Assembly (NCBI GenBank): GCA_964523545.1
Contig: CAZFZM010000003.1
Coordinates: 1,661-56,639 of the forward strand
From: an uncultured Thermotogae bacterium
GTDB lineage: Bacteria; Bipolaricaulota; Bipolaricaulia; UBA7950; UBA9294
Direction of reading: 5' to 3'
DNA length: 54,979 nt
Part shown: piece by piece, positions 17,781 to 28,094 of the stretch
Layout of the letters: every line of letters starts with the position of its first letter
Position numbering within the stretch: the stretch's first letter is position 1
Notes under the pieces: generated by a model
Database searches by the model: none
The model's input: only the letters and a program-made list of their open reading frames with translations
Told to the model about the DNA's origin: nothing
Made by a program: the position numbers and the translations under genes

Positions 17781-19068
17781 CGGAAATATATGGTGGTATG
17801 TGCTCGGCATCGTGTTTGTTTTCGGTCCGAAGTGGGGTTTGATGGATATGACGGTTGTCACGGGACTGGCTATCCTTGCAGTCCTTGGCCCTAGGTATCC
17901 GAGAATCAAAAAGGGCGCGTCGATCCCTATCTTCTATCTCATTGTCCTTCTCACGTATAGCCTGACAATCGTAGTGGCGAATGGCAGTATGGAGTTCTAC
18001 TACCCGCTGCGCTTCGGGCGAGCCTTGATCACTTTTGTGGCGAGCTATTTTCTCGTCGGTTCGCTGGCAATTAGCCGCGAAGAATGCGTGGACACTGCAG
18101 TTTTGCGCTTCGTGTATTTCGTGCTTTCAGTCCACGCCAGCATCATAATTCTTGAGTACATATGCCCCACATTCAGGGATTTCATTTACACGTACTACAG
18201 TGGCTTCATCCCGCCAGGACCGGCTTGGATTCGTGTAGCCGGGCTCACCATCTCTCTCGGCTATCTATCCGTCGTGCAATCAATCGGCTTACTGATGTAT
18301 CCATTTGTGCTTCACGCCGCAAGCGGGAGGAGAGAGAAGAGAGTTACGACTTTCTGCGCTGGGCTGTTGCTACTGTCGGTCTTGCTCAGCGGGCGCACGG
18401 GATTGGTGCTGGTGATTCTCTTGTTCCCACTCGCAGTGTGGTGGGCCGGCAGGATGAGATCGGTGTTGGCAATGGTGAAGCGTATCTGTGTGTTTGGTGC
18501 ACTACTGGCTGTACCTTTGTGGCTAGCGTTCACCTTCGTAGCGCCTCCTGTCAAGGAGGCGCTCATGGCCACGATGAGGCACGAATTCGACTTCATCTCA
18601 AGCATAGGATCCGGGCAACTCGGGAACGCATCGTGGGATGCACTACTCCGGAACCACTACTTCCTCCCCGATGAACCAATGACATTCCTCTTTGGCAATT
18701 CCCAAGCCTATCATGGCAGGGATGTCGTCAACCCTGAAGCCGTTGAGTCAGATGTGGGATTCGTGGTGAACTGGTTCGGTTTGGGAGCTATTGGTGTGAC
18801 ACTGATACTGGGCTTCTATGGCATGCTGGCGGTGTTTGCTGCGAGAGGCATTGCGGATGGTCACCAGATTGGGTATGTCCTCCTTCTGGTTGTGGCTCTA
18901 GTGACTGGTGCGCATTTCGTTTCCGTAACTCTGTTCACTAGGCATGGTTTTGAAATCGTGAGCATCCTGTTCTGGGGCGTTTTCCTCACTTTGTCCCAGA
19001 ACCGGAACACTCGGAGGGAAGCCCTGGTATCCCTGTCAGGCGCCGAGGTGCAACAATGTGTGGAATAG
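17764..19068 (+). CDS. Wzy-like O-antigen polymerase
   Basis: Polytopic membrane protein, LSGRTG motif, periplasmic loop FLFGNS..SDVGFV..FGLGAIG; glycan-locus context. Confidence 0.7.
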   Translation: MNFLGSGNIWWYVLGIVFVFGPKWGLMDMTVVTGLAILAVLGPRYPRIKKGASIPIFYLIVLLTYSLTIVVANGSMEFYYPLRFGRALITFVASYFLVGSLAISREECVDTAVLRFVYFVLSVHASIIILEYICPTFRDFIYTYYSGFIPPGPAWIRVAGLTISLGYLSVVQSIGLLMYPFVLHAASGRREKRVTTFCAGLLLLSVLLSGRTGLVLVILLFPLAVWWAGRMRSVLAMVKRICVFGALLAVPLWLAFTFVAPPVKEALMATMRHEFDFISSIGSGQLGNASWDALLRNHYFLPDEPMTFLFGNSQAYHGRDVVNPEAVESDVGFVVNWFGLGAIGVTLILGFYGMLAVFAARGIADGHQIGYVLLLVVALVTGAHFVSVTLFTRHGFEIVSILFWGVFLTLSQNRNTRREALVSLSGAEVQQCVE

Positions 19069-21023
19069 CTGGCTTTCTCCAGCTGAACGGGAAGACAGTC
19101 GCGGTTGATGAGTTGTTGGAAATGGGGAGGTCTCTCAAGCACCGTGGCCCCGATGATTCGGGATATTATCTGCGGGACAGCCGAGATGGGGACTGTACAA
19201 ACGGCCTAACATGTGGGGACGTGGGCATGGCACATCAACGCTTGTCCATCCTTGACCTATCCTCATCGGGTCATCAACCGATGTTCAGCAATGACGGGAA
19301 GGTTGTAGTCATCTATAATGGAGAGATCTATAACCACTGGGCACTTCGTGATGAGCTACGTTCAAGAGGGTACTCCTTCCAAGGTAGCTGTGATGGAGAG
19401 GTCATCCCGCATGCCTTCAGCGAATGGGGCATTGAGTGTGTCACGAAGTTCAATGGGATGTTTGCGATCGCGATATGGGACGAACGCTGTCAAACGCTCT
19501 ATCTCGTCCGTGATCGCCTAGGTATCAAGCCTCTCTACTACTACCACGAGGAGGGGGATTTCGCCTTCGCATCTGAGCTGAAAGCGCTTCTCAAATACCC
19601 CCATATGAGAAAGGAGCTCGATACGGCAAGTCTCTTCACCTACTTGAGTCTCCAATATGTGCCGGCGCCAAGGGCGATCTTCCGTTACACGCACAAGCTG
19701 CGCCCTGGCCACTACCTGAAGATTTCGAGGAGCTCAGGTGTTGAGGATTGCTCCTACTGGGATGTTGTGGAGAGGTTCCGCGCGCTAAGGATGCCCCGAG
19801 AGGCAGCCGGCGACGAGGAAGTGGTTGAGGAGCTGGACAAACTCATTGACAGTGCAACTCGCTACCGGGCGGACGCCGATGTCCCTTTGGGGGTTCTCCT
19901 CAGCGGCGGGATCGATTCGTCTCTGGTGGCTACAGCCCTACAACGCGTCAGTTCCGACCAAGTCAAGACCTTCACAATCGGATTCGAGAACTTTGAGTTT
20001 GATGAGGCCCCCTTCGCCCATCAGATAGCCCGCTATCTCGGAACAGACCATCGCGAGCTTTACGTAACGACTCGGATGGCGCTAGACACAATCCCTAGAC
20101 TCCCTGTCATCTATGATGAGCCGTTTGCCGATTCCTCTGCCATCCCAACACACCTAGTCTGCAAGCTGGCACGGGAACACGTGGAAGTCGCGCTCTCGGG
20201 GGATGGCGGGGATGAACTCTTCGGCGGATACAGGAGATATGAGTGGATGCGGCATCTCGCAAGTTACCATCTCCTTCCCCGCTGCCTACGCAAGGCCATT
20301 TCATGGACCCTGCGAAGCACACCGGCCTCTGTTATTGGGTGGGCTCATCAACTGGCAAGACCCTTCCTCCCACAGTCAGGTCGTATAATAGACTTAAAGA
20401 ATAAGAAGGAGCGTTTATCTGAGCTCATAGGATGTGATGATTACGCGAGCATATACCCGATGCTTGTAAGCCTGTGGCCGCAGAGAACGCTGATAGAGCT
20501 TCTTGGATTAGAGTTCAGCCCCACAGATACCATCTCAGTAACCGAGCTCTGCACGGAACTTGCTGAGGAGGATATCGAGATCCTAACCATGCTTGTCGAT
20601 CTGAAGACGTACCTTGTTGATGACATTCTGACGAAAGTGGACCGTGCGAGCATGGCGGTCTCGCTGGAGGATCGGGTACCTCTTCTGGATCATCGAATCG
20701 TGGAGAACACTTTCAGTTTGCGGTCCGAGCAGAGGCACGGTAAGCAGCTGCTTAGGAGTGTTCTCGCAAAGCACCTTCCGCCAGATCTCTACAACCATCC
20801 CAAGCATGGCTTTAGCGTACCTCTCGCTGAGTGGCTACGAAGTGACCTGCGCTATTTGGTTAGAGACTACCTCAATCCTCAGCGACTGGATAGAGAAGGC
20901 CTGTTCGATTGGCACGTTGTGAACCAAGTCGAGAAGGAGCACATGAGTGGTAGACGCGACCATGCCCACCGGTTGTGGTCGTTGGTGTGCTTCGAGATGT
21001 GGTACGAGGAGTATGGAAGCTAA
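19056..21023 (+). CDS. asnB: AsnB-like glutamine amidotransferase (probable sugar amidation)
   Basis: MCGIAG, HRGPDD, NGEIYN, RDRLGIKPLYY, LSGGIDSS, LSGDGGDELFGGY, KVDRASM. Confidence 0.93.
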   Translation: MCGIAGFLQLNGKTVAVDELLEMGRSLKHRGPDDSGYYLRDSRDGDCTNGLTCGDVGMAHQRLSILDLSSSGHQPMFSNDGKVVVIYNGEIYNHWALRDELRSRGYSFQGSCDGEVIPHAFSEWGIECVTKFNGMFAIAIWDERCQTLYLVRDRLGIKPLYYYHEEGDFAFASELKALLKYPHMRKELDTASLFTYLSLQYVPAPRAIFRYTHKLRPGHYLKISRSSGVEDCSYWDVVERFRALRMPREAAGDEEVVEELDKLIDSATRYRADADVPLGVLLSGGIDSSLVATALQRVSSDQVKTFTIGFENFEFDEAPFAHQIARYLGTDHRELYVTTRMALDTIPRLPVIYDEPFADSSAIPTHLVCKLAREHVEVALSGDGGDELFGGYRRYEWMRHLASYHLLPRCLRKAISWTLRSTPASVIGWAHQLARPFLPQSGRIIDLKNKKERLSELIGCDDYASIYPMLVSLWPQRTLIELLGLEFSPTDTISVTELCTELAEEDIEILTMLVDLKTYLVDDILTKVDRASMAVSLEDRVPLLDHRIVENTFSLRSEQRHGKQLLRSVLAKHLPPDLYNHPKHGFSVPLAEWLRSDLRYLVRDYLNPQRLDREGLFDWHVVNQVEKEHMSGRRDHAHRLWSLVCFEMWYEEYGS

Positions 21024-22146
21024 CGTGCTTAGGGTGTTGCATATCTTGGGATCCGCCGATCGTGGTGGAACTGAGATCATGACTACTCGTTTGGTAGGGA
21101 AGTTGCCTTCGTCTGTTCGGAGTACCTTATGCTTCCTCACTAGGGGAGGGCCCATTGCAGATGAACTGGCGCGTAAAGGGTATGAAGTGCACTGCATACC
21201 TGTGGTCCGGACGTGGGAGGCTATGTCGGGCATTTGGCGATTGTTCCGATTGATACGTATGGGGTGCTTTGATGTGCTCCACCTGTACGGGTTACGGGCG
21301 AACCTTCTTGGTCGTGTTCTGGGTCGTATGGCGGGCCAGCGGGTGATCGTAGGCGGCTTGCGAAGCATGTCGCCTCATAGCTCAAATGCTCGCTGGGCAT
21401 TCTGGCTTGATCGGGCTACATTCAAGCTCTCCACCGGCTACATTAGCAACTCGCGAGCTGCTGCCGAGTTGCTAGCCGCACGTGGCTATAACCCTGCCAA
21501 GCTATGGGTTGTACACAATGGAGTTGATGTCAACGTATTTCGACCCCGTAGAGGAAACGAAGCAGACACTGTGAAACGCGAGCTGGGAGTCTCAGCTCGC
21601 CTGCCCGTAGTAACCTGCGTTGCGAATCTGAGATCTCCCAAGAGGCATTGCGACTTACTCGAGGCCCTTGCTATGGTGCGAAGGAGTGGCTTCCGGTTCG
21701 AGGCTATCTTGGTAGGAGACGGGCCGCTTCGCGCCTCCCTTGAGAAGATGGCCAGCGACATAGGGTTGGGCAGGGGCATTCGTTTTCTAGGCAAACTTAA
21801 GAATGATAAAATTGCAGATATTCTAGGGATTACTGATATTTTCGTGTTGGCATCTGAGCGAGAGGGTCTCCCGGCATCTCTCCTCGAAGCTATGGCCTCG
21901 GGATGCCCGGTTGTTGCCACCGCTGTTGGCGGAATACCCGAAGTGATCCTGGATGGTCTGACGGGCTTCCTCGTTCCCCGCAGGAATCCACGCGCCCTTG
22001 CAGACAAGCTCGCTCAGTTGCTCAGCGACGCGGACCTGTGTGCAAGCATGAGTGCACAGAGTAGGAAACACGTTGCTGCCCGATTCACTGTGGAGCGAAT
22101 GGCAGAAGGATATGAAGACCTATACAGATGGCTCACAGGAGACTGA
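21013..22146 (+). CDS. Glycosyltransferase family 4
   Basis: GGTE, HNGVD, VANL..K, EGLPASLLEAMASG.PVVATAVGGIPE. Confidence 0.92.
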   Translation: MEANVLRVLHILGSADRGGTEIMTTRLVGKLPSSVRSTLCFLTRGGPIADELARKGYEVHCIPVVRTWEAMSGIWRLFRLIRMGCFDVLHLYGLRANLLGRVLGRMAGQRVIVGGLRSMSPHSSNARWAFWLDRATFKLSTGYISNSRAAAELLAARGYNPAKLWVVHNGVDVNVFRPRRGNEADTVKRELGVSARLPVVTCVANLRSPKRHCDLLEALAMVRRSGFRFEAILVGDGPLRASLEKMASDIGLGRGIRFLGKLKNDKIADILGITDIFVLASEREGLPASLLEAMASGCPVVATAVGGIPEVILDGLTGFLVPRRNPRALADKLAQLLSDADLCASMSAQSRKHVAARFTVERMAEGYEDLYRWLTGD

Positions 22147-22279
22147 TTCGGAGGCGGTGTTAGGAGACACCGGTGCGTGTGCTGCGAGTTTGGGCCACCC
22201 CGCTCTCCCTATCCCCAGAGTCAGTCTTGACAAGAGGTCGAGATGACTGTCTGATGAGCTTATTGAGCCGGCAATCCTC

Positions 22280-23929
22280 TCAGGGCTTTACCCTTTTTCG
22301 AACCAGCTCCTTGATTCGCTGGATGTGTCCTCGCCCCAAGGCTTTGACTTCGCACCCCAGCTCGAAGTATCGGCGGATCTGGTGATCGGACAGAATGCCG
22401 AAGCAGTCGATGACCGCTAGCGGAGCGCCGGCCTTCTGCACGACGGCGTCCGGGTCCAGTTCCAGGTAGCTCCGATGGCGAACGGCGAGGATGATCGCTT
22501 CTGCGCCGGCGAGCGATGCGTCCAGATCTTGGCTCACAGCAAGATCCTTCAGACTCGACTGATTCCGGAAGAAACGCTTCAGCGAGAGTCCGGAGGCCGG
22601 GTACGCGTCCTGGTTCTCAAGCTCGTACCAGTGCTGCACGTACGGGTCGTGCACGCGGACGTCCGCGCCCATCTCGGTCAGCTTGCGGACGACGATTTCC
22701 GATCCGCTGTATCGCGTGTCCCCGACGTCCTCACGGTAGCTTGCGCCACAAATGAGGACCGGGGCGCCTGCGATGTATCGTCCCATGTTGCGAAGTGCGT
22801 CCCGTACAAGTTCGGCCACGTGCAACCCTCTCGTGTCGTTGATGTCGATGGCCTCCGGCGTGATGCGGAAGAAGCTGTCTCCGTCCTCGAAGCCCAGGAT
22901 GTGCTTGTAGGCCCAATACCCGAGTGCCCCGTCCTTGGGCAGGCAGTATCCACCGATACCCGGTCCTGGGAACATGATGTCTTGATGGGTGGGACGCATG
23001 CGGATCGCGCGGATCACCTTGATCAGATCCACTCCGTTGCGCTCAGCGAACAGGCTCCATTCGTTCATGTACGCCAGGATCGCGGCGCGGTAGGAGTTCT
23101 CGACGATCTTCGTCGTCTCCGATTCGATCGGTCGATCCATGACGACGAGCGGATAGTCGTCGGTGTTGATCACTCGGCGCAGGAAAGCTTCGACCCGGCT
23201 GCGTGCACGGTCGTTGCAGCCAGCACATACGCGCCAGAAGTCTCGGATCGACGACACGTACTCCTGACCGGGCATCACGCGCTCGAAGCTGTGCGCCAGC
23301 AGCGGCTCCGACGCGATTCCACGTCGCGTGAACTCGCGCTTCATGATCGGATAGGCCACGAACTCCGTTGTTCCGGGCGGCACAGTGGTCTCGATCAAGA
23401 CCAAGCAGTCCGGCGGAACTTTCTCGCCGATCGTTTGCATCGCCGCTTCCAGAGCGCTCATTTCGGCTTCGCCTGTTCGGGCGTTCCCGAGGTTGTACTT
23501 GGTGTAGCCGCACTGGATGTCCACGACGACGCAGTCGGCAAGGCCGAGGCAATCGCTGTTGTACGTCGCTGTGAGCGTCTTCTTCTCCTTCACGCAGCGG
23601 GCGATCATCGCCGGCACTTCAGAATCCTCGGAATTCACAGGCGGTATTCCGCGGTTCAGGAGGGGGATCTTCCAGTAGCTCCTCGTGCTCGGTCGCTGGC
23701 AGGCGATCACGAAATCAGTAGGCTCGCCCGTCTGCTTGTCCTCCGAGTCGGCGATGGCGGCAGCCATGACGGCTCCGACGAACCCCACGCCGAGCACGAC
23801 CACCACCTCCTTGCCCTCGGCGCGAGCTGCGTCCGCCAAGGATTGGATCCGGTCGAACTCAGGTCCGTACTCCTCAGCACTCGGAATCGCGAATCGTTCA
23901 CCTTCTGGGCTGACTGAGTATTCCACCAT
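22280..23929 (-). CDS. Nucleotide-sugar 6-dehydrogenase (UDP-glucose/UDP-HexNAc/GDP-mannose family, long form)
   Basis: GVGFVG, IETTVPPGTT, ERVMPG, KIVENSYR, GIGGYCLPKD, GASYREDVGDTR. Confidence 0.9.
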   Translation of the reverse strand: MVEYSVSPEGERFAIPSAEEYGPEFDRIQSLADAARAEGKEVVVVLGVGFVGAVMAAAIADSEDKQTGEPTDFVIACQRPSTRSYWKIPLLNRGIPPVNSEDSEVPAMIARCVKEKKTLTATYNSDCLGLADCVVVDIQCGYTKYNLGNARTGEAEMSALEAAMQTIGEKVPPDCLVLIETTVPPGTTEFVAYPIMKREFTRRGIASEPLLAHSFERVMPGQEYVSSIRDFWRVCAGCNDRARSRVEAFLRRVINTDDYPLVVMDRPIESETTKIVENSYRAAILAYMNEWSLFAERNGVDLIKVIRAIRMRPTHQDIMFPGPGIGGYCLPKDGALGYWAYKHILGFEDGDSFFRITPEAIDINDTRGLHVAELVRDALRNMGRYIAGAPVLICGASYREDVGDTRYSGSEIVVRKLTEMGADVRVHDPYVQHWYELENQDAYPASGLSLKRFFRNQSSLKDLAVSQDLDASLAGAEAIILAVRHRSYLELDPDAVVQKAGAPLAVIDCFGILSDHQIRRYFELGCEVKALGRGHIQRIKELVRKRVKP

Positions 23930-24448
23930 TCTGTTTCCTTCCTTGGTCTGTGTATTTCGGGAAGAGCAAACCCTGCCCCTCCTGCTCGACTCACCCACGG
24001 CCGGTCCGTTGCTGCGACTTCGGCTCAATAGCTGGCGTGCACCTTACTTCCCGGAGAGACGGTGGATCGCCACCCGCGCGGGGCCGGCATTCTGCACAAC
24101 CAACCGTGAGAACTTCATCGTCCCGGACCGCAGTCCCTGGCGCACGGATCGTGCGATCTTCAACCTCACCTCTCGGCCGTAGACGCTTCATGGTCCCTAC
24201 CAATCGGGTTCTATCATACGGGAAGGAAGGAACCGCGGAAAGTCAGGCTCCTGTCCCCTGTTGCCCTTGCTGCGCTCCTCTGGAGCGAAACCCATTGGGT
24301 TCGTTCGGGATGCCGAGGTCTCATCAGAGCCGCTGGGTTGATCCCTTCCGCGATTGCTCTTACAGTGAGTCCCGGTGGATGTACACACGGATTGCGTAGA
24401 GGGACGGCCTGCACACGCAGCGGGCCGGAAGACAAGAGGGAGGTGGCT

Positions 24449-25387
24449 GTGAGGGCGCTCGTCACGGGAGGGGCGGGATTCATCGGGTCCCACATCTGTG
24501 ATGCACTGGTGAAGAGGGGAGACGAGGTACGAGTTCTCGATGACTTCTCTACGGGTAACCGGGAGAACCTGGCTGCGATTCGAGAACGGATCGAGCTTGT
24601 CGAAGGCGACATTCGCGACGATGAAACGGTCCGGGAGGCTGTCAGAGGCGCGGATCTCGTCTACCATCAAGCCGCACTCCCATCCGTCCCCCGCTCAATC
24701 GCTGACCCGATCACCAGTCACGACGTCAACGCTACAGGCACCCTGAAGGTACTTGAGGCGGCGAGGCTCGCTGGGGTACGGCGTGTTGTGTATGCATCGT
24801 CTTCGTCGATCTACGGTATTGAAGCTCCTCTGCCGACGCCCGAAACGTGGACCCCTGATCCACGCTCACCCTACGCCGCGAGCAAGCTTGCCGGCGAGTG
24901 CTACTGTCGCGCTTTCCGTCATGTGTATGGTTTGGAAACAATCTCGCTTCGCTACTTCAACGTCTTCGGCCCAAGGCAAGACCCAAGTTCCCAGTACGCC
25001 GCTGTCGTTCCGAAGTTCATCTCATGTCTTCTGCGGGACGGGCCCCCAACGATCTATGGTGATGGTGAACAGACTCGCGGCTTCACGTATGTGCAGGACG
25101 TCGTCCACGCGAATCTACTCGCCGGCAGTACTCCGACGACCCACTGCGGTGCATTCAACGTCTCGGGGGAGCACACCATGTCCGTGAATGGCCTGTTCAG
25201 GATCCTGGCGAAGCTGACAGGGAGAAAGTGGGTCGTGCCGGAATACGCTGAAGAACGCCTGGGTGATGTTCGCCACTCTCAGGCTGATTTGGGGAAAGCA
25301 CACAAGGTACTTGGATATCGGCCCGAGGTTGATCCCGAAGAAGGACTTCGGAGAACCGTCGAATGGTTCCAGAACGTCACCGCGTGA
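24449..25387 (+). CDS. UDP-Glc/GlcNAc(A) 4-epimerase (WbpP-like SDR)
   Basis: TGGAGFIGSH, HQAALPSVPRS, SSSSIYG, YAASK, LRYFNVFGPRQDPSSQYAAV; GGAGG RBS. Confidence 0.9.
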   Translation: MRALVTGGAGFIGSHICDALVKRGDEVRVLDDFSTGNRENLAAIRERIELVEGDIRDDETVREAVRGADLVYHQAALPSVPRSIADPITSHDVNATGTLKVLEAARLAGVRRVVYASSSSIYGIEAPLPTPETWTPDPRSPYAASKLAGECYCRAFRHVYGLETISLRYFNVFGPRQDPSSQYAAVVPKFISCLLRDGPPTIYGDGEQTRGFTYVQDVVHANLLAGSTPTTHCGAFNVSGEHTMSVNGLFRILAKLTGRKWVVPEYAEERLGDVRHSQADLGKAHKVLGYRPEVDPEEGLRRTVEWFQNVTA

Positions 25388-26589
25388 CCCCCCGGAAGGT
25401 TCTCCAGGTTGCCGCGGTGGGCGGCACCGTGAGATTCCTGCTTCTGCCGCTGATCAAGCGGTTGCAGGAGGAAGGTTGCATCGTGCACGGTGCTTGCTCG
25501 CCGGGTCCACACGTTCACGAGCTGAGGCGGGAAGGTCTGGTCATTCATTCGATTCGGCTTGACAGAAGGATTCTGTCCGTGCGCCACATCACCTGTATAA
25601 TCCAGCTAATTTGGGTCATGCGACGGAACCGCTATGATGTGGTGCACGTTCATACTCCCGTCGCGGCTGCTCTTGCCAGGATTGCCGCGAGGATTAGCCG
25701 TGTTCCGCTGGTGATTTACACGGCTCACGGTTTCTTCTTCCATGACCGGATGCCGGCGCTGATTCGACGCCCAATAATCTGGGTAGAACGAGTGCTAGGG
25801 CGTTGCTGCACAGACGTCCTTATGACGCAAAGCCGTGAGGACTACGCGACAGCGGTAAGAGAGAGGCTTATCGCTCCAGATTCGGCAGTTTGGATCGGAA
25901 ACGGGGTCGACGTTGACCGTTTTGACGGCGCTGTCGGGTCATCTCTAAGAGAGGGGCTCGGTATCTCAACGACAAGCCCTGTGATTGGGTTTGTCGGACG
26001 TCTGGTGCGCGAGAAGGGCGTCTATGACCTCGTGGAAGCCATGCGGTCGGTCCGATCACAGCACGTGACGGCGGTGCTGCTCGTCGTTGGATCGCAGGGT
26101 GAGGGCGAGCGTTCCCGAGACTCGGAAAGCGCTTTCCATCGCTTCATCGATGAGCAGGGGCTCGACGACGCTGTTGTCCTGGCCGGCTTTCGCGAGAACG
26201 TCGAGAAGTACTACGCCGTTATGGACGTATTCGTGCTGCCTTCCCACCGCGAGGGGATGCCGCGCAGCATCATCGAGGCCATGGCCTCAGGTAAACCGGT
26301 TGTTGCATCTGACATCAGGGGATGTCGCGAGGAAGTCATCGATGGCATCACGGGTACTCTCTTTCCACCGGGAGATGTTGCAGCACTGGCCGAGGCTCTA
26401 CGAGGCCTCCTCAGCAATCCGCTCGAAGCCAGACGCATGGGTGCAAAAGGGCGCGAAGTTGCTCGATTGCGATTCCGGGAGAAAGACGTCCTAGATCGAG
26501 AGATGGCGGTCTATGGCCAACACGGAATCGTTCCGACACCACTATACACGAACGACGAGATAGACCAGTCAGCGGGACACAGATCATGA
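25384..26589 (+). CDS. Glycosyltransferase family 4 (PglA/Cap1E-like)
   Basis: HVHTP, YTAHGF.F, GNGVD, VGRLVREKG, REGMPRSIIEAMASG. Confidence 0.92.
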   Translation: MTPRKVLQVAAVGGTVRFLLLPLIKRLQEEGCIVHGACSPGPHVHELRREGLVIHSIRLDRRILSVRHITCIIQLIWVMRRNRYDVVHVHTPVAAALARIAARISRVPLVIYTAHGFFFHDRMPALIRRPIIWVERVLGRCCTDVLMTQSREDYATAVRERLIAPDSAVWIGNGVDVDRFDGAVGSSLREGLGISTTSPVIGFVGRLVREKGVYDLVEAMRSVRSQHVTAVLLVVGSQGEGERSRDSESAFHRFIDEQGLDDAVVLAGFRENVEKYYAVMDVFVLPSHREGMPRSIIEAMASGKPVVASDIRGCREEVIDGITGTLFPPGDVAALAEALRGLLSNPLEARRMGAKGREVARLRFREKDVLDREMAVYGQHGIVPTPLYTNDEIDQSAGHRS

Positions 26590-27242
26590 CACTCCAGCTG
26601 CTCATCAAGCGAACAGTCGACGTGCTTGTGTCCATGGTCGGTCTGGTGACTCTCACCCTTCCATTCATGACTATCGCTGTCCTTGTCAAGCTTGAGGATG
26701 GTGGACCGGTGTTCTTCCGGCAGGAGCGCGTCGGGAAGAATAGCCGACCGTTTCGGGTGTGGAAGTTCCGCACGATGAGAGAGGGAGCGGCACAGAAGGG
26801 CCTGGGTCTCAATGTGTCGCGCGATGATGCTCGCATCACCCGAGTTGGCCGTATCCTTCGGAACTGGGGGCTCGATGAGCTTCCGCAGCTGTTCAACGTG
26901 CTCTTCGGAGAGATGAGCTTGATCGGGCCGCGTCCAACATTGCGCTATCAGGTGGATCACTACAACGAGTTCCAGAAGCGGCGCCTTGAGATGAAACCGG
27001 GTATCACGAGCCTCGCTGTTGTGTCTGGACGGAATGCGTTGTCGTGGGAACGCCGGATCGAGCTTGATGTGTCGTACCTAGATCACTGGTCGCTCTGGCT
27101 CGACATCAAGATCCTGCTGAGAACCCTGTGGGTAGTTCTCGTGAGTCGGGAAGGACTGTATGGTGAAGGAGGCGTGAACGACCCTTTCGTGGAAGATCCC
27201 TCGGCGTGTCAGGACGGGGAAAACGATAAGGAAGGAGAGTAG
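26586..27242 (+). CDS. Initiating phosphoglycosyl transferase (PglC-like)
   Basis: KRTVD, GPVFFRQERVG, KFRTM, LDELPQLFNVLFGEMSLIGPRP, MKPGIT. Confidence 0.93.
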   Translation: MTLQLLIKRTVDVLVSMVGLVTLTLPFMTIAVLVKLEDGGPVFFRQERVGKNSRPFRVWKFRTMREGAAQKGLGLNVSRDDARITRVGRILRNWGLDELPQLFNVLFGEMSLIGPRPTLRYQVDHYNEFQKRRLEMKPGITSLAVVSGRNALSWERRIELDVSYLDHWSLWLDIKILLRTLWVVLVSREGLYGEGGVNDPFVEDPSACQDGENDKEGE

Positions 27243-27246
27243 CTCG

Positions 27247-28074
27247 ATGCAGACGACCTTTGGGACTCTGGGGTTGATTGGGACGGGGGTGATGGCTCGC
27301 GGAATCGCTCGACTTGCCATCGACTCGGGCCAGAAGGTGAAAGTGTGGGCGAGAACACCCGCGTCGGCAGGGCACCTCATTGAGTATTTGACGCAGAAGT
27401 GTAAAACGTTGCCAGAGCAAGATGAGCGTGTTGTCTGGGCTGTTGCTCCGGATGTGCTAGCTGGGGCTGATGTCGTTGTCGAATCAATTGCAGAAGACCT
27501 CAGTTCAAAGCGCGCTCGACTTGCCGCAATCGCTGGAGTAGTGAAATCGACAACGATCGTTGCAACGAATACTTCGTCGCTCCGGGTAGCGGAGATCATG
27601 TCTGGCTTCAAGGATCCTGAGCGATGCCTTGGGATGCACTTCATGAACCCGCCCTATCGAATCACGCTCGTCGAGATCGTCCCCCTTGCTCAGACCTCTG
27701 AGCAGAACGTGGAACTTGCGAAGCAGTTCTGCAGGGAGCTCGGCAGGGAGCCTGTCGTAGTCCCTGACGTGAGAGGCTTCGTTCTCAATCGAGTGTTGTT
27801 TCCGATGATCTGCGAAGCCATCGCGGTCTACGAGTCAGGAAAGACATCGCCGACTGACATTGATCGTATTCTCAAGCTTGGTGCGAGACACCCGATGGGT
27901 CCGTTGGAGCTCGCGGACTTCATCGGCCTTGATGTCTGTCTGGCAATCCTCAACAATCTGCAAGGCGACATGCCGCCAACCGTTGGGATAAGCTTGTCTG
28001 TGCTGGCGGACCTTGTCGGGAAGGAGCATCGTGGCAGGAAGACTGGTTGCGGCTTCTACACATACGACCGGTAA
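27247..28074 (+). CDS. hbd: 3-hydroxybutyryl-CoA / 3-hydroxyacyl-CoA dehydrogenase
   Basis: IGTGVMARGIA, ESIAED, ATNTSSL, GMHFMNP, GFVLNR, HPMGPLELADFIGLD, GRKTGCGFYTY. Confidence 0.9.
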   Translation: MQTTFGTLGLIGTGVMARGIARLAIDSGQKVKVWARTPASAGHLIEYLTQKCKTLPEQDERVVWAVAPDVLAGADVVVESIAEDLSSKRARLAAIAGVVKSTTIVATNTSSLRVAEIMSGFKDPERCLGMHFMNPPYRITLVEIVPLAQTSEQNVELAKQFCRELGREPVVVPDVRGFVLNRVLFPMICEAIAVYESGKTSPTDIDRILKLGARHPMGPLELADFIGLDVCLAILNNLQGDMPPTVGISLSVLADLVGKEHRGRKTGCGFYTYDR

Positions 28075-28094
28075 TATGAGTCTGGGGGATATCG

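Noticed and set aside
22475-23917. Long antisense ORFs (also 31782..33185, 45633..47198, 39123..40487)
   Set aside because: Typical high-GC shadow frames opposite well-supported genes, with no recognisable motifs
23930-24448. Small gene or pseudogene in the divergent intergenic region
   Set aside because: The frames examined gave no recognisable motif
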